The notes under the pieces are model-generated. The model had not been told where the DNA came from and did no database searches. It saw nothing but the letters and a program-made list of their open reading frames with translations. From contig NC_068987.1 of the NCBI RefSeq assembly GCF_001194135.2, forward strand, positions 53,966,485 through 54,002,916: a DNA stretch of 36,432 nucleotides. The letters run 5' to 3'. Shown in pieces: positions 1 through 10,939 of the stretch. Origin of the DNA: Octopus bimaculoides. Its lineage: Eukaryota. Position numbers and translations under genes: made by a program. How positions within the stretch are numbered: position 1 is the first letter of the stretch; each line of letters starts with the position of its first letter.

Positions 1-123
1 AAACATACAACTCCATATATGTATGTGCATGTATATACAGCTACATATATATATGTACCTACCTGCATGTGTGTGTGAATACGTACACACATACATGCAT
101 ACATACATATTCACATATATACT

Positions 124-197
<74 letters not shown>

Positions 198-462
198 CTG
201 TGTGTGTGTGTGTTAATGTATTTATACATAATGTGTGTATGCAGGCAAGAAATGTGTTAATGCGAAATTATTAGCACCAGTGAAATGAACGTACTCCTTC
301 CCATATATACATGCGTGTATGTGTGTACAAACACACATACACACACACACACACACACATGCATACACACACACACACATGCATACACACACATACACAC
401 ATGCATATATATATACTTATACATATATATATTCGCATATATATAAATGTAAATATACATAC

Positions 463-495
<33 letters not shown>

Positions 496-609
496 CATAT
501 ATATACATATATATATGTATATATATATTTATATATGTATGCATATATATGTGTGTATATAAATATATATATATATATATATATGTGCATATATATATAT
601 GTATATGTA
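1..609. repeat. Compound (TA)n/(CA)n/(TG)n microsatellite region
   Basis: Directly visible dinucleotide runs, ending at an N gap. Confidence 0.95.
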
Positions 610-1435
610 NNNNNNNNNNNNNNNNNNNNNNNNNNNNNNNNNNNNNNNNNNNNNNNNNNNNNNNNNNNNNNNNNNNNNNNNNNNNNNNNNNNNNNNNNNN
701 NNNNNNNNNNNNNNNNNNNNNNNNNNNNNNNNNNNNNNNNNNNNNNNNNNNNNNNNNNNNNNNNNNNNNNNNNNNNNNNNNNNNNNNNNNNNNNNNNNNN
801 NNNNNNNNNNNNNNNNNNNNNNNNNNNNNNNNNNNNNNNNNNNNNNNNNNNNNNNNNNNNNNNNNNNNNNNNNNNNNNNNNNNNNNNNNNNNNNNNNNNN
901 NNNNNNNNNNNNNNNNNNNNNNNNNNNNNNNNNNNNNNNNNNNNNNNNNNNNNNNNNNNNNNNNNNNNNNNNNNNNNNNNNNNNNNNNNNNNNNNNNNNN
1001 NNNNNNNNNNNNNNNNNNNNNNNNNNNNNNNNNNNNNNNNNNNNNNNNNNNNNNNNNNNNNNNNNNNNNNNNNNNNNNNNNNNNNNNNNNNNNNNNNNNN
1101 NNNNNNNNNNNNNNNNNNNNNNNNNNNNNNNNNNNNNNNNNNNNNNNNNNNNNNNNNNNNNNNNNNNNNNNNNNNNNNNNNNNNNNNNNNNNNNNNNNNN
1201 NNNNNNNNNNNNNNNNNNNNNNNNNNNNNNNNNNNNNNNNNNNNNNNNNNNNNNNNNNNNNNNNNNNNNNNNNNNNNNNNNNNNNNNNNNNNNNNNNNNN
1301 NNNNNNNNNNNNNNNNNNNNNNNNNNNNNNNNNNNNNNNNNNNNNNNNNNNNNNNNNNNNNNNNNNNNNNNNNNNNNNNNNNNNNNNNNNNNNNNNNNNN
1401 NNNNNNNNNNNNNNNNNNNNNNNNNNNNNNNNNNN
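610..1435. other. Assembly gap (further gaps at 2524-3000, 7845-8336, 9368-10010, 18957-19078, 29189-29643)
   Basis: Runs of N. Confidence 1.
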
Positions 1436-1444
1436 ATTTATTTA

Positions 1445-1556
1445 GTTTTTCAGTCTGAAACATATTCTATTGAACTGCTTTTGCTAAACCGCTAAGTTAC
1501 GGGGACTACACAAACCAACGATGACGGGGGACAAAAATAAACATAACACACGCACA
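1445..1556 (-). mobile_element. SINE 3' tail fragment (same family as 13409-13820)
   Basis: ACCGCTAAGTTACGGGGAC is the reverse complement of GTCCCCGTAACTTAGCGGT in the copy at 13409-13820; the 36185-36432 copy carries it in this same orientation. Confidence 0.75.
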
Positions 1557-1714
1557 CTTACATACATACATACATATATACATACATACATATACGTAGG
1601 GGTGAGTGTGTGTGTGTGTGTATATATGCGTATATGTGGGTGCGTGTATTTACACACACATATATATATATATATATGTGTATATATGAATATATATATA
1701 TATATATATATATA

Positions 1715-2516
1715 CCGTAAATCCTCGAGTATAATCCGCATTTTTTCCCCCAAATTTAAAGGTTAAAATCCCTAGTGCGTACTACATACGAGGCTAAAAA
1801 TGAAAAATATTTCCCAATGAATGTCCGAGTCTCTATTTGCTGTCCGGCAGTGTTTATTCAAACGCATTTTGTGATGTCCGGCGCGAAGACCCCTTAAGCT
1901 AAGCCTGAAAGCAATGAAGTCATAAAAGAATCATCCCATAACTTGCAGTAAGCAACATTTATCAAAGAAAAAGTGTTGTATATCGTCTGCACTGGATCGT
2001 ACTCGGGATGACGTTGTATGGAAAGATGAAATAAATGAAAGTGAATCTACTGATGTTGACTATGAATCTGACGATGACGGATTTTTACACTACAATGATG
2101 CTGATATGTTTACGGAGGAACAAATGGAACAGTTATTTGATGCTGAAAGTGACGTTGGTTTTGAAGGCTTGAATAAATGTTTTTGCTTTTGCTTTTGTAA
2201 CTGACACTGATAAATATGTAAAGGCAATTTACTTAATATTTATTGTTCACTGACGTTATTACTGTTATTTCTTTATTTTCTGCAAACAAAGTGCACAATA
2301 AAGCTACACGTTTGCATCATGTTATATATATACAATAATAATAAAGGACGTTACCGTATATATATTTACAAACCAAGGACGTTATATAGACCTCCTTGAC
2401 TCAAGTTAGAGAAGGGGTGCGTATTATACACAAGGTTTAGGTTATTCAGAGGTACAGCCCCTTAAAAATCCCCTGCGTATTATACTCAAGGGCGGACAAT
2501 ACTGGAGGAATTACGG
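1715..2516 (+). mobile_element. Non-autonomous Tc2/pogo-like DNA transposon (802 bp)
   Basis: TA|CCGTAAATCCTCGAGTATAATCCGC at left; right end reverse complement CCGTAATTCCTCCAGTATTGTCCGC; TA at both sides (1713-1714, 2517-2518). CCGTA termini are typical of Tc2-like elements. Confidence 0.9.
1968..2204 (+). pseudogene. C-terminal remnant of a pogo-family transposase
   Basis: Hand translation KKCCISSALDRTRDDVVWKDEINESESTDVDYESDDD...DVGFEGL resembles the pogo/Tigger KKCCISNALDGTEDD motif plus acidic tail. Confidence 0.8.
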
Positions 2517-3012
2517 TATACATNNNNNNNNNNNNNNNNNNNNNNNNNNNNNNNNNNNNNNNNNNNNNNNNNNNNNNNNNNNNNNNNNNNNNNNNNNNNN
2601 NNNNNNNNNNNNNNNNNNNNNNNNNNNNNNNNNNNNNNNNNNNNNNNNNNNNNNNNNNNNNNNNNNNNNNNNNNNNNNNNNNNNNNNNNNNNNNNNNNNN
2701 NNNNNNNNNNNNNNNNNNNNNNNNNNNNNNNNNNNNNNNNNNNNNNNNNNNNNNNNNNNNNNNNNNNNNNNNNNNNNNNNNNNNNNNNNNNNNNNNNNNN
2801 NNNNNNNNNNNNNNNNNNNNNNNNNNNNNNNNNNNNNNNNNNNNNNNNNNNNNNNNNNNNNNNNNNNNNNNNNNNNNNNNNNNNNNNNNNNNNNNNNNNN
2901 NNNNNNNNNNNNNNNNNNNNNNNNNNNNNNNNNNNNNNNNNNNNNNNNNNNNNNNNNNNNNNNNNNNNNNNNNNNNNNNNNNNNNNNNNNNNNNNNNNNN
3001 TATATATATATA

Positions 3013-3255
3013 TGTGTGCGTGTTTGTGTGTCTGTGTTTGTCCCCTCAACATCGCTTGACAACCGACGCAGGTGTGTTTACGTCCCCGTAACATTAGCGG
3101 TTCGGCAAAAGAGACCGATAGAATAAGTACTAGGCTTACAAAGAATAAGTACTAGGCTTACAAAGAATAAGTCCTGGGGTCGATTTACTCGACTAAAGGC
3201 GATGCTCCAGCATTGCCGCAGTAAAATGACTGAAACAATTAAAAGAGTAAAAGAG
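3013..3255 (+). mobile_element. SINE 3' half with a 22-bp internal tandem duplication
   Basis: Aligns by eye to 13600-13820; GAATAAGTACTAGGCTTACAAA occurs twice (3121-3142, 3143-3164). Confidence 0.9.
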
Positions 3256-3620
3256 AATATAAATTTATTTACATGTATGTATGCATGTATGTATGTATGT
3301 ATGTATGTATGTATGCATGTATGTATGTATGTATGTATACATATGTGTGTGCGCGCGCGTATTCGTCGAACAATGTGAATGAGTGCTCAACACCGTGGTG
3401 GATAAAATTTCTATATTTGTGCATTAAGGCTACCGTTGGTTTCAGGTATTTTTCTTAACATGAAATCAATGGTTGCCATAATACACAAATAAAGGAATTA
3501 TATATATATATATATATATATATAATGATTTACTTTTCGTAATGAGATAAAAAAAAAACAAGGCTGTGTACATAATAGAAGGGCCTGAGGCCGCCGCACA
3601 CCTCGACCCGCGCGCGGAGG

Positions 3621-3965
3621 CAAGTGTAAGTTCGTGCCGTAAACTGAGAATGGCTCAGGAGCCGGACCTAATCCTCGGGACCGTATTCCTCACCGCGAGG
3701 AGAGTGGATAACTGTGGCAATTCTAGAGCTAATACATGCAACCGAAGCCGCGATCGCAGGTGGCACCCGGTCGTCGGGTCGAAAAACGGCATTCGACAGC
3801 CGCCGGCGCCCGCTCGGCCGATCCAGGGCGGCGCACCTGCGCTCGTCCCCGGTCGCGACGATACGGTCAGAGAATATTAGACTGAGACCGACGTGTACGG
3901 GCCGTCGCAGCCGCCGCCGCGCTCCGTGCTCGGCTTGAGGCGTGCGGCGGTTTCACGCCCTTCGA
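3621..3965 (+). rRNA. Dispersed 18S rRNA 5'-region fragment (pseudogene/orphon)
   Basis: TGGATAACTGTGGCAATTCTAGAGCTAATACATGC (3705-3739) matches the conserved eukaryotic 18S sequence; upstream GAATGGCTCA and downstream TATTAGA anchors occur in the expected order; the GC-rich insertion fits an expanded V2; the rest of the gene is absent. Confidence 0.85.
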
Positions 3966-4073
3966 TTTATATGCATGTATGTATCTTCACGTGTGTTATA
4001 TCTATCTATCTATACTTGTATGTGTGCATGTTTGTATGTACATATGTGTGTCTTATATCGAGAAGGCGATATA

Positions 4074-4272
4074 TTGGTTTCAAATTTTGTCATAAGGCCA
4101 GTAATTTCGGGGCAGATGGCTAGTCCATGGAACCCAGTGCGCAAGTAGTACATATTTTTATCGACTCCGAAAGGATGAAAGGCAAATTCGACCTCGGCAG
4201 AATTTGAACTCAAAATATAAAGACAGACGAAATGCCGCTAAGCTCGGCGTGATAGCGATTCCTCTAGCTCAC
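4074..4272 (-). mobile_element. tRNA-derived SINE (GAGCTGGCAGAA-head family)
   Basis: Reverse complement contains TTCAAATTCTGCCGAGGTCGAATTTGCCTTTCATCCTTTCGGAGTCGATAAAAT, shared with 17736, 19214, 22854 and 25410 copies. Confidence 0.85.
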
Positions 4273-4544
4273 TTTTCTGCCTAGAAAAGCTAAATAAACA
4301 AGAACCAAGTTTCACATTCCCTCTATGAGAAACAACATATCTACAGGTTCACGAAGAAGTTATTCAACCTGTTAGAAATGGCAGCCAAATTTCTTTTATA
4401 TCTCTCTTTATCATCATATACACGGGAAGGGTACATCTAATAATATAATTACAGATAATTTTTCTGAAATCATTGTAGGTTGGTCATAGCAGGGTATCTT
4501 TTGATAACAGATCAAACTAATTAGGGCTGATCTATGTGTAAACA

Positions 4545-4605
4545 ACAACAGCAACAGCAACAACAATAATAACCACAACAGCAACAACCACTACTATAAC
4601 AACAC
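4545..4605. repeat. Imperfect (CAA)n microsatellite
   Basis: Visible CAA/CAG/TAA units. Confidence 0.85.
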
Positions 4606-5269
4606 AGTCATTTAGTAAGCAGGTCTTCACGACGAATCAACGCCCGGTCGGCTGAATCGTCGCTAAATTTGTTAAACATAGCAGCCAATATCTCCTCCAA
4701 ATGACATCTCAATGTTCTTCATAAGAAAAGACACCTATGATAACGTGTTCCTAGGATATAACTTATTTCAATACAGAACAGGAAGCGCAAGGAAGGAGCA
4801 TCCGCAAAAACCTAATAAATTTTCAAGGTAACCCACTTCCCTATAACGGTTGCTGGAATTCAAGGTACGTAACTCCACCAGACAAGAAAACTGTCAGCTC
4901 ACTTTTTCTTTCTTATTTGTAATTGTCTCCCTTACATTACAACATATTAGGGCTTAGTCCAAAGCCGTACCCTAAAGAATTTAAAAAACTAAATGACATG
5001 ATTATTTTGCAAGTTATTCTCTTTTTAGGTAGTGGAGCGCTTATCGGAATCAATAGGGCTCTACAAATAATGTCATTGTTCTTACATTCAATTATTTCAG
5101 GGGGAATTTCAATTGTAAATATGAGCTGGAATTTATACGGAGCTGAGGCGTCATTTACTTGCTTGCTTACATATGCACAGTTACCTGTATAAATGTGAGT
5201 GTAAGCTTATGTAGGCGTTTACATGTGTGTGTGTTTATTTTTGTGTTTGCAGTTGTGCATAAACAAATA

Positions 5270-5363
5270 TATGTATACACATACATAAACACACACACAC
5301 ACACACGCACAAACATATATGTATGTATGTATGTGTATGTGTGTGCGCGAGTGCGTGTATGTA

Positions 5364-5398
<35 letters not shown>

Positions 5399-5640
5399 CT
5401 GTGTGTGTGTGTGTGTGTGTGTGTCTGTGTGTGTGTGTGTGTGTGTATAATTCTATACACTTCCACTCAAAAAACTCATGAATACATACAATGATAGATA
5501 CACATATATGGAAGTGTGTACGTAGAATAGCATGTGTGCATGTGTGGGGGTTGCATATATATATATATACACGCGTGTGTGTCTATATGTATATCTATAT
5601 ATACACATGTATATAAGTATATGCGTGTACATATATATAT

Positions 5641-5690
<50 letters not shown>

Positions 5691-5860
5691 TCATATATAT
5701 ATGCGTGTATATGTATATGGGTGTATATGTGCGTGTGTACATATGTGTGTTTGTATGTGTGAGATTGTGTGTTTGTATGTGTGAGAGTGTGTGTTTGTAT
5801 GTATGTGTGAGAGTGTGTGTGTGTATGTATCTGTGTGTCTGTGTATAAATGTATGTGCGT
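5270..5860. repeat. Compound (CA)/(TG)/(TA) microsatellite
   Basis: Visible. Confidence 0.95.
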
Positions 5861-6069
5861 ATCACATGAGAGTCTACTGTAACAAAGTGAAGTATATATA
5901 AGTTATAATCTCTTCAATGAGTAATGTGATAAGAAGACTGAATGACATAAGATACTGTTTGACATTTCAAACTGAAATTTGCATGTCGTTCATGAAATGT
6001 TCGTGACAGCATAACATAGATTTCATTGAGAATGCAAAGATTGGACAAGTGAGATAAGAAAGACGGACG

Positions 6070-6190
6070 ATTAAGAGAGATTGGAAGAAAGAGAGAGGGG
6101 GAGAGAGAGAATAAGAGAGAGAGAAAGGGAGTGTAAGAGAGAGAGAGAGAGAGAGAGAGAAAGAAATAGAAAGAAAGAGGAGGAGGAATG
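6070..6190. repeat. (GA)n-rich low-complexity tract
   Basis: Visible. Confidence 0.85.
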
Positions 6191-6525
6191 CTGACAGGCA
6201 GAGAAATGTGGCTGAAATGAAAGAGAGAAATGGACGTTAACCTTATACAGGTTATTAGCTATATCGATAGAAATATATGTGTATATGTATCTATTTATCT
6301 ATTTGTATACATACACGCACTCACACTCATACTCACACTCACAAACGCGCACATGCGCACACAGAGATTTATATACAAGGGGTGCTGAAAAGTTCTTGCC
6401 TGTAAGGGTATCTCCAAAGTCCTAGTTGGAGCCCCAAACTTCCGAGTTCTTTTACAGAGCTTTAAAAAATTCAAGGACTGCTGCAATAAGTGAGTGAATC
6501 TGAGAGTGGAATATGTTAAATAAAA

Positions 6526-7229
6526 GGATCTATTTTAAAACGGGGGCCACAGTATTTTCTTAACGAAACACTTTGAAACTTGGAACACTGGTAGAATGTG
6601 TCATATAAAACATCTTTTTCTCTTAGTCTTCTTAAAAAAAAAGAAATCCCTAAGTTATTCCATGTTAAAGTTGTCGTATTTCTGTAATTTCAACCAATCA
6701 CTGACGTCCATTCAGCCGATATACATTAAGTGCCAACTACATAAACAAACGATTCTGAAACAATTCTATCGGTGATAAAATTATTATTTCCTTGTCAAAA
6801 AATGGCTGAAGCATATTGGCAGTAGCTAATAAACCTTTCTATTATAGGCTAACCCTAACCCTAACCCTAGGGTTAGGGTTAGGTTTAGGGTTAGGGTAAA
6901 ACAGCAAATTTAAAAAGCAAAAAGTAAATAAAACGAAGAAAAAAAAAGAAAATGAAAAAAGCAAATAAAACGAAGCTATGGAGATTAAATACGTTTTACA
7001 CCGCTTAATCAGCCAAAGGAGTAAATGTAAACAACTGAATGCTTGTCAGTGATTGGTTGAAATTATAGAAATAAGACAATTTTTTACATGAAATAAATTC
7101 GAATACAAAAATATTTTTCTGCTCTATAACACAAAATAGATAAGTATACGAAGTTTGAAAGTCTTTCGGTACCAAAAACACTACGTAAAACATTAATGAA
7201 AACTGTGGCCCCCGTTTTAAAATAGATCC
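6526..7229. mobile_element. Non-autonomous foldback DNA transposon, 28-bp perfect TIR, 8-bp TSD (Merlin- or MULE-like)
   Basis: GGATCTATTTTAAAACGGGGGCCACAGT at 6526-6553 and its exact reverse complement at 7202-7229; AAATAAAA at 6518-6525 and 7230-7237; inner inverted match 6677-6705 vs 7045-7073. Superfamily inferred only from GG termini and TSD length. Confidence 0.9.
6849..6896. repeat. Palindromic telomere-type repeat (CCCTAA)n-(TTAGGG)n
   Basis: CTAACCCTAACCCTAACCCT|AGGGTTAGGGTTAGGTTTAG is a 40-bp palindrome with 1 mismatch, centred at 6868/6869. Confidence 0.95.
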
Positions 7230-8609
7230 AAATAAAATCATAATGAACTGATTCTCCTGTATTTTCTTTTGCCCAAAATCAGGAACGTTTCAGCACACCT
7301 CTCATATATTCACGCATGTATGTGCATGTGTGCGTCTGTATGTGTTCGTGTGCGTGCGTGTGTGTGTGACTATGTGCATGCGTGCCTTACTATGTGCAAG
7401 CGGTATATCTATGCTTGTACCTGGTGTGTGTGTATATCTTAATATATAAAATCCATTCCGTTCTGTCTGTCTGTTTGTGCGCTTATAACTCGAGTATTGT
7501 TCATCCGATCTCGCTGAAATTTTAAACATGGATACATGAGAGAGCTGGGCGTTCCGTAATCTAAAAAGATTTTCAAAATCGTTAGTTTCAAAGTGAGAAT
7601 CGCTATTTTTGTAATCTTTAATGTCCTGTTTGTTCCGCCATTAAAACAACCAGTTGCTCAGACAGCCGGCATATACCATTTCGCTAAGAACAAGGGGAGT
7701 ACAGGTTGACAGTCAGCCAAAACCGTCGCTATGCTGTCTCTCTTCTTTCCTCTCTCTGTGGAGTTAACAATCTTAATCTTTAGCTACAGTTTCTCATCCA
7801 AACTACATAATAGGCAGAATTGCTGGATCAAGACAGTATGGTATNNNNNNNNNNNNNNNNNNNNNNNNNNNNNNNNNNNNNNNNNNNNNNNNNNNNNNNN
7901 NNNNNNNNNNNNNNNNNNNNNNNNNNNNNNNNNNNNNNNNNNNNNNNNNNNNNNNNNNNNNNNNNNNNNNNNNNNNNNNNNNNNNNNNNNNNNNNNNNNN
8001 NNNNNNNNNNNNNNNNNNNNNNNNNNNNNNNNNNNNNNNNNNNNNNNNNNNNNNNNNNNNNNNNNNNNNNNNNNNNNNNNNNNNNNNNNNNNNNNNNNNN
8101 NNNNNNNNNNNNNNNNNNNNNNNNNNNNNNNNNNNNNNNNNNNNNNNNNNNNNNNNNNNNNNNNNNNNNNNNNNNNNNNNNNNNNNNNNNNNNNNNNNNN
8201 NNNNNNNNNNNNNNNNNNNNNNNNNNNNNNNNNNNNNNNNNNNNNNNNNNNNNNNNNNNNNNNNNNNNNNNNNNNNNNNNNNNNNNNNNNNNNNNNNNNN
8301 NNNNNNNNNNNNNNNNNNNNNNNNNNNNNNNNNNNNATGTTCATAATTTTTTGCTTACAATATTGGGAAAAATATGCCACCAAAGAAAAGACGTAATCGC
8401 TCCAGAAACAAGTATAAAGCAAGGAGGGTTGTAGAAAACCGAAGACGAGAGTCTGAAGAGAGAAGCTAGATGAGATTTTATCAACATCAGCAAATGCATG
8501 TTGCAGCACTTAATGCGGGATCATTAAATCAATGTTTTAATGATTAGACAGAGATCCAATAGAATAGCTCTCAGAAACATTCTACGTACAAATTCGTTCT
8601 TCACAACTC

Positions 8610-9110
8610 CTGAAGCTGTTTTCAGATATGATCCATCCCATTCTTATAAAAAATAACTCTGTCCAAATTGGTGTGCTGAAAACAAATTGTCTTTTCTGTA
8701 GAGCTTTAAAATTTTCAAATGAAACAAATGGTATGTGCTGCTCAGGCGGTCACGTAACATTGCCAGCACTACCAGCTCCTTCTCAACCTCTTATGGATCT
8801 TCTAGAGATGACATTTCCATCCAGTCAAAGGATTTTCTGAACAATATCAGACAATACAACTTTGCAAATGACATCGCTTGATACATCTAAGAAAACAGAT
8901 AAACATGAACTTGCGACGACGCCAAATTTCAAGGGCAAGTCTATCACCTAATTAGTAACAGATAAACATGAACTTATGACGACGCCAAATTTCAAGGACA
9001 AGTCTATCACCTCATTGGTACCCTGTTACTTACAAATGAACAACTACAGTTCCTCCAAATTTACTTTATGAGTGATGTAGGACAACAAACTAGAAAGAGG
9101 TGTCAACATT
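8610..9110 (+). pseudogene. Helitron RepHel N-terminal region, frameshifted
   Basis: FRYDPS..VQIG..NCLFCRALKFSNETNGMCCSGGHVTLPALPAPSQPL, SKDFLNNIRQYN, FQGQVYHLIGTLL..QFLQIYF resemble conserved Helitron motifs. Confidence 0.85.
8894..9019 (+). repeat. 63-bp tandem duplication in Helitron coding remnant
   Basis: Units 8894-8956 and 8957-9019 differ at a few positions. Confidence 0.9.
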
Positions 9111-10169
9111 TCAGATGACGGGTCGTGTTAGACACTGCGCCGACTGCTGCAAAAGAGAGCACATCCACTGACAGCTTCTCGTTGCGTTCAAAAATCACAT
9201 AATTCCCACAGGTTAGGGCCTGAAATGCTCCAAAAAGACGCATAGCATGTTGCTTAGTCGAATTAGCCCATCATTTACTCCACAAATGTTTTGTTGTCAA
9301 TGCTGCACTTTCCCATATCACTTGTTTCAACATAACTGTAGTATATTATATACAAAATATGCAATTTNNNNNNNNNNNNNNNNNNNNNNNNNNNNNNNNN
9401 NNNNNNNNNNNNNNNNNNNNNNNNNNNNNNNNNNNNNNNNNNNNNNNNNNNNNNNNNNNNNNNNNNNNNNNNNNNNNNNNNNNNNNNNNNNNNNNNNNNN
9501 NNNNNNNNNNNNNNNNNNNNNNNNNNNNNNNNNNNNNNNNNNNNNNNNNNNNNNNNNNNNNNNNNNNNNNNNNNNNNNNNNNNNNNNNNNNNNNNNNNNN
9601 NNNNNNNNNNNNNNNNNNNNNNNNNNNNNNNNNNNNNNNNNNNNNNNNNNNNNNNNNNNNNNNNNNNNNNNNNNNNNNNNNNNNNNNNNNNNNNNNNNNN
9701 NNNNNNNNNNNNNNNNNNNNNNNNNNNNNNNNNNNNNNNNNNNNNNNNNNNNNNNNNNNNNNNNNNNNNNNNNNNNNNNNNNNNNNNNNNNNNNNNNNNN
9801 NNNNNNNNNNNNNNNNNNNNNNNNNNNNNNNNNNNNNNNNNNNNNNNNNNNNNNNNNNNNNNNNNNNNNNNNNNNNNNNNNNNNNNNNNNNNNNNNNNNN
9901 NNNNNNNNNNNNNNNNNNNNNNNNNNNNNNNNNNNNNNNNNNNNNNNNNNNNNNNNNNNNNNNNNNNNNNNNNNNNNNNNNNNNNNNNNNNNNNNNNNNN
10001 NNNNNNNNNNAAAGGTAAACAAACAATACACCAGCATGGCAAAGTCATTAAATAAGCTATGGCGTGTGTCGTGTACAAAGCGATCTCACAAAACATATAA
10101 AATCAATTATTTAAGACTACTGATGGTTGTTACAAGACTACCGAATGTAGCTTCTTTGCTTGTTGCATA

Positions 10170-10225
<56 letters not shown>

Positions 10226-10496
10226 AGGTATCTATCTATAATACTTATAAAAAGGAAGTTTGTTGAACTCTAATATTATTAACTCTTGAATAAAATTATT
10301 AATAATTAACATAATGTATGATCTCAAAACTAGTTTAATTAAAGTCTCACTTTCTACAAATAGGTGAAGCGCTGGCTTCACAGTTTACACCAAAAGGCAC
10401 CGGTTCACTTACACACACGCAATTTCCAGTTACAAATTCAACTAATCCGCTGGACACTTCTGAATTGATCTATTTGAGCATTCCTCGTATTGTGTA

Positions 10497-10663
10497 TGTT
10501 ACGATTCAAAGCAATCATATTTTCGTTTTGTGAAGTGAAGTTTGGTGATATATAAAAAGTGTAATCGTCATTTGATCTACTGTTTGAACATTCTTTGTGT
10601 TACACATGTTACGATTCGAAGTAATCGTGTTTTCTCTTTGTGAAGTGAAGTTTTGTGATATAC
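10497..10663 (+). repeat. Two diverged ~56-bp direct repeats
   Basis: TGTTACGATTC.AAG.AATC.T.TTT...TTTGTGAAGTGAAGTTT.GTGATATA at about 10497 and 10608. Confidence 0.75.
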
Positions 10664-10939
10664 GCAAAAAGCATTATTGCTATCGTCGACGGATTTCTAT
10701 AAAGCTTGGCAGTTGGATGAATACGCCATGTGATTGAATTTAGGAACAGCAAAAAATGAATTCAGTGTTACGGGATTTATTTTTCACTTTTTAAACATTT
10801 TACAATAGATTATTTAATATGGTAAATATCCATGCGAGGCGTATACTACAGGCTACTCTTTAGGCCAAGGATATCTTGATTAAATGAGAGTTTAAATTGT
10901 CGCTAGGAAATACCTGTTAGCACATGGAAAATTCAATCA

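Larger units (their letters stand above)
6376..7304. mobile_element. Mariner-like MITE split by a nested insertion
   Basis: Left TA|CAAGGGGTGCTGAAAAGTTC; right end reverse complement TA|TGAGAGGTGTGCTGAAACGTTC; TA flanks at 6374-6375 and 7305-7306. Confidence 0.8.
7437..9367 (+). mobile_element. Decayed Helitron (5' end plus Rep/helicase remnants); 3' end not resolved
   Basis: A|TC start followed by TTAATATATAAAA...TCTGTCTGTCTGTTTGTGCGC, typical of Helitron 5' ends; coding remnant downstream; interrupted by gaps. Confidence 0.7.

Noticed and set aside
23-1495. Long ORFs rich in Y/I/H/T/V/C/X, here and at other microsatellites and gaps
   Set aside because: Artefacts of translating dinucleotide repeats and N runs
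3566-4148. GC-rich overlapping ORFs
   Set aside because: Explained by the 18S rRNA fragment and adjacent repeats
6849-6896. Telomere-telomere fusion scar
   Set aside because: A fusion gives (TTAGGG)n then (CCCTAA)n; here the order is reversed, the tract is short, and it lies inside a TIR element
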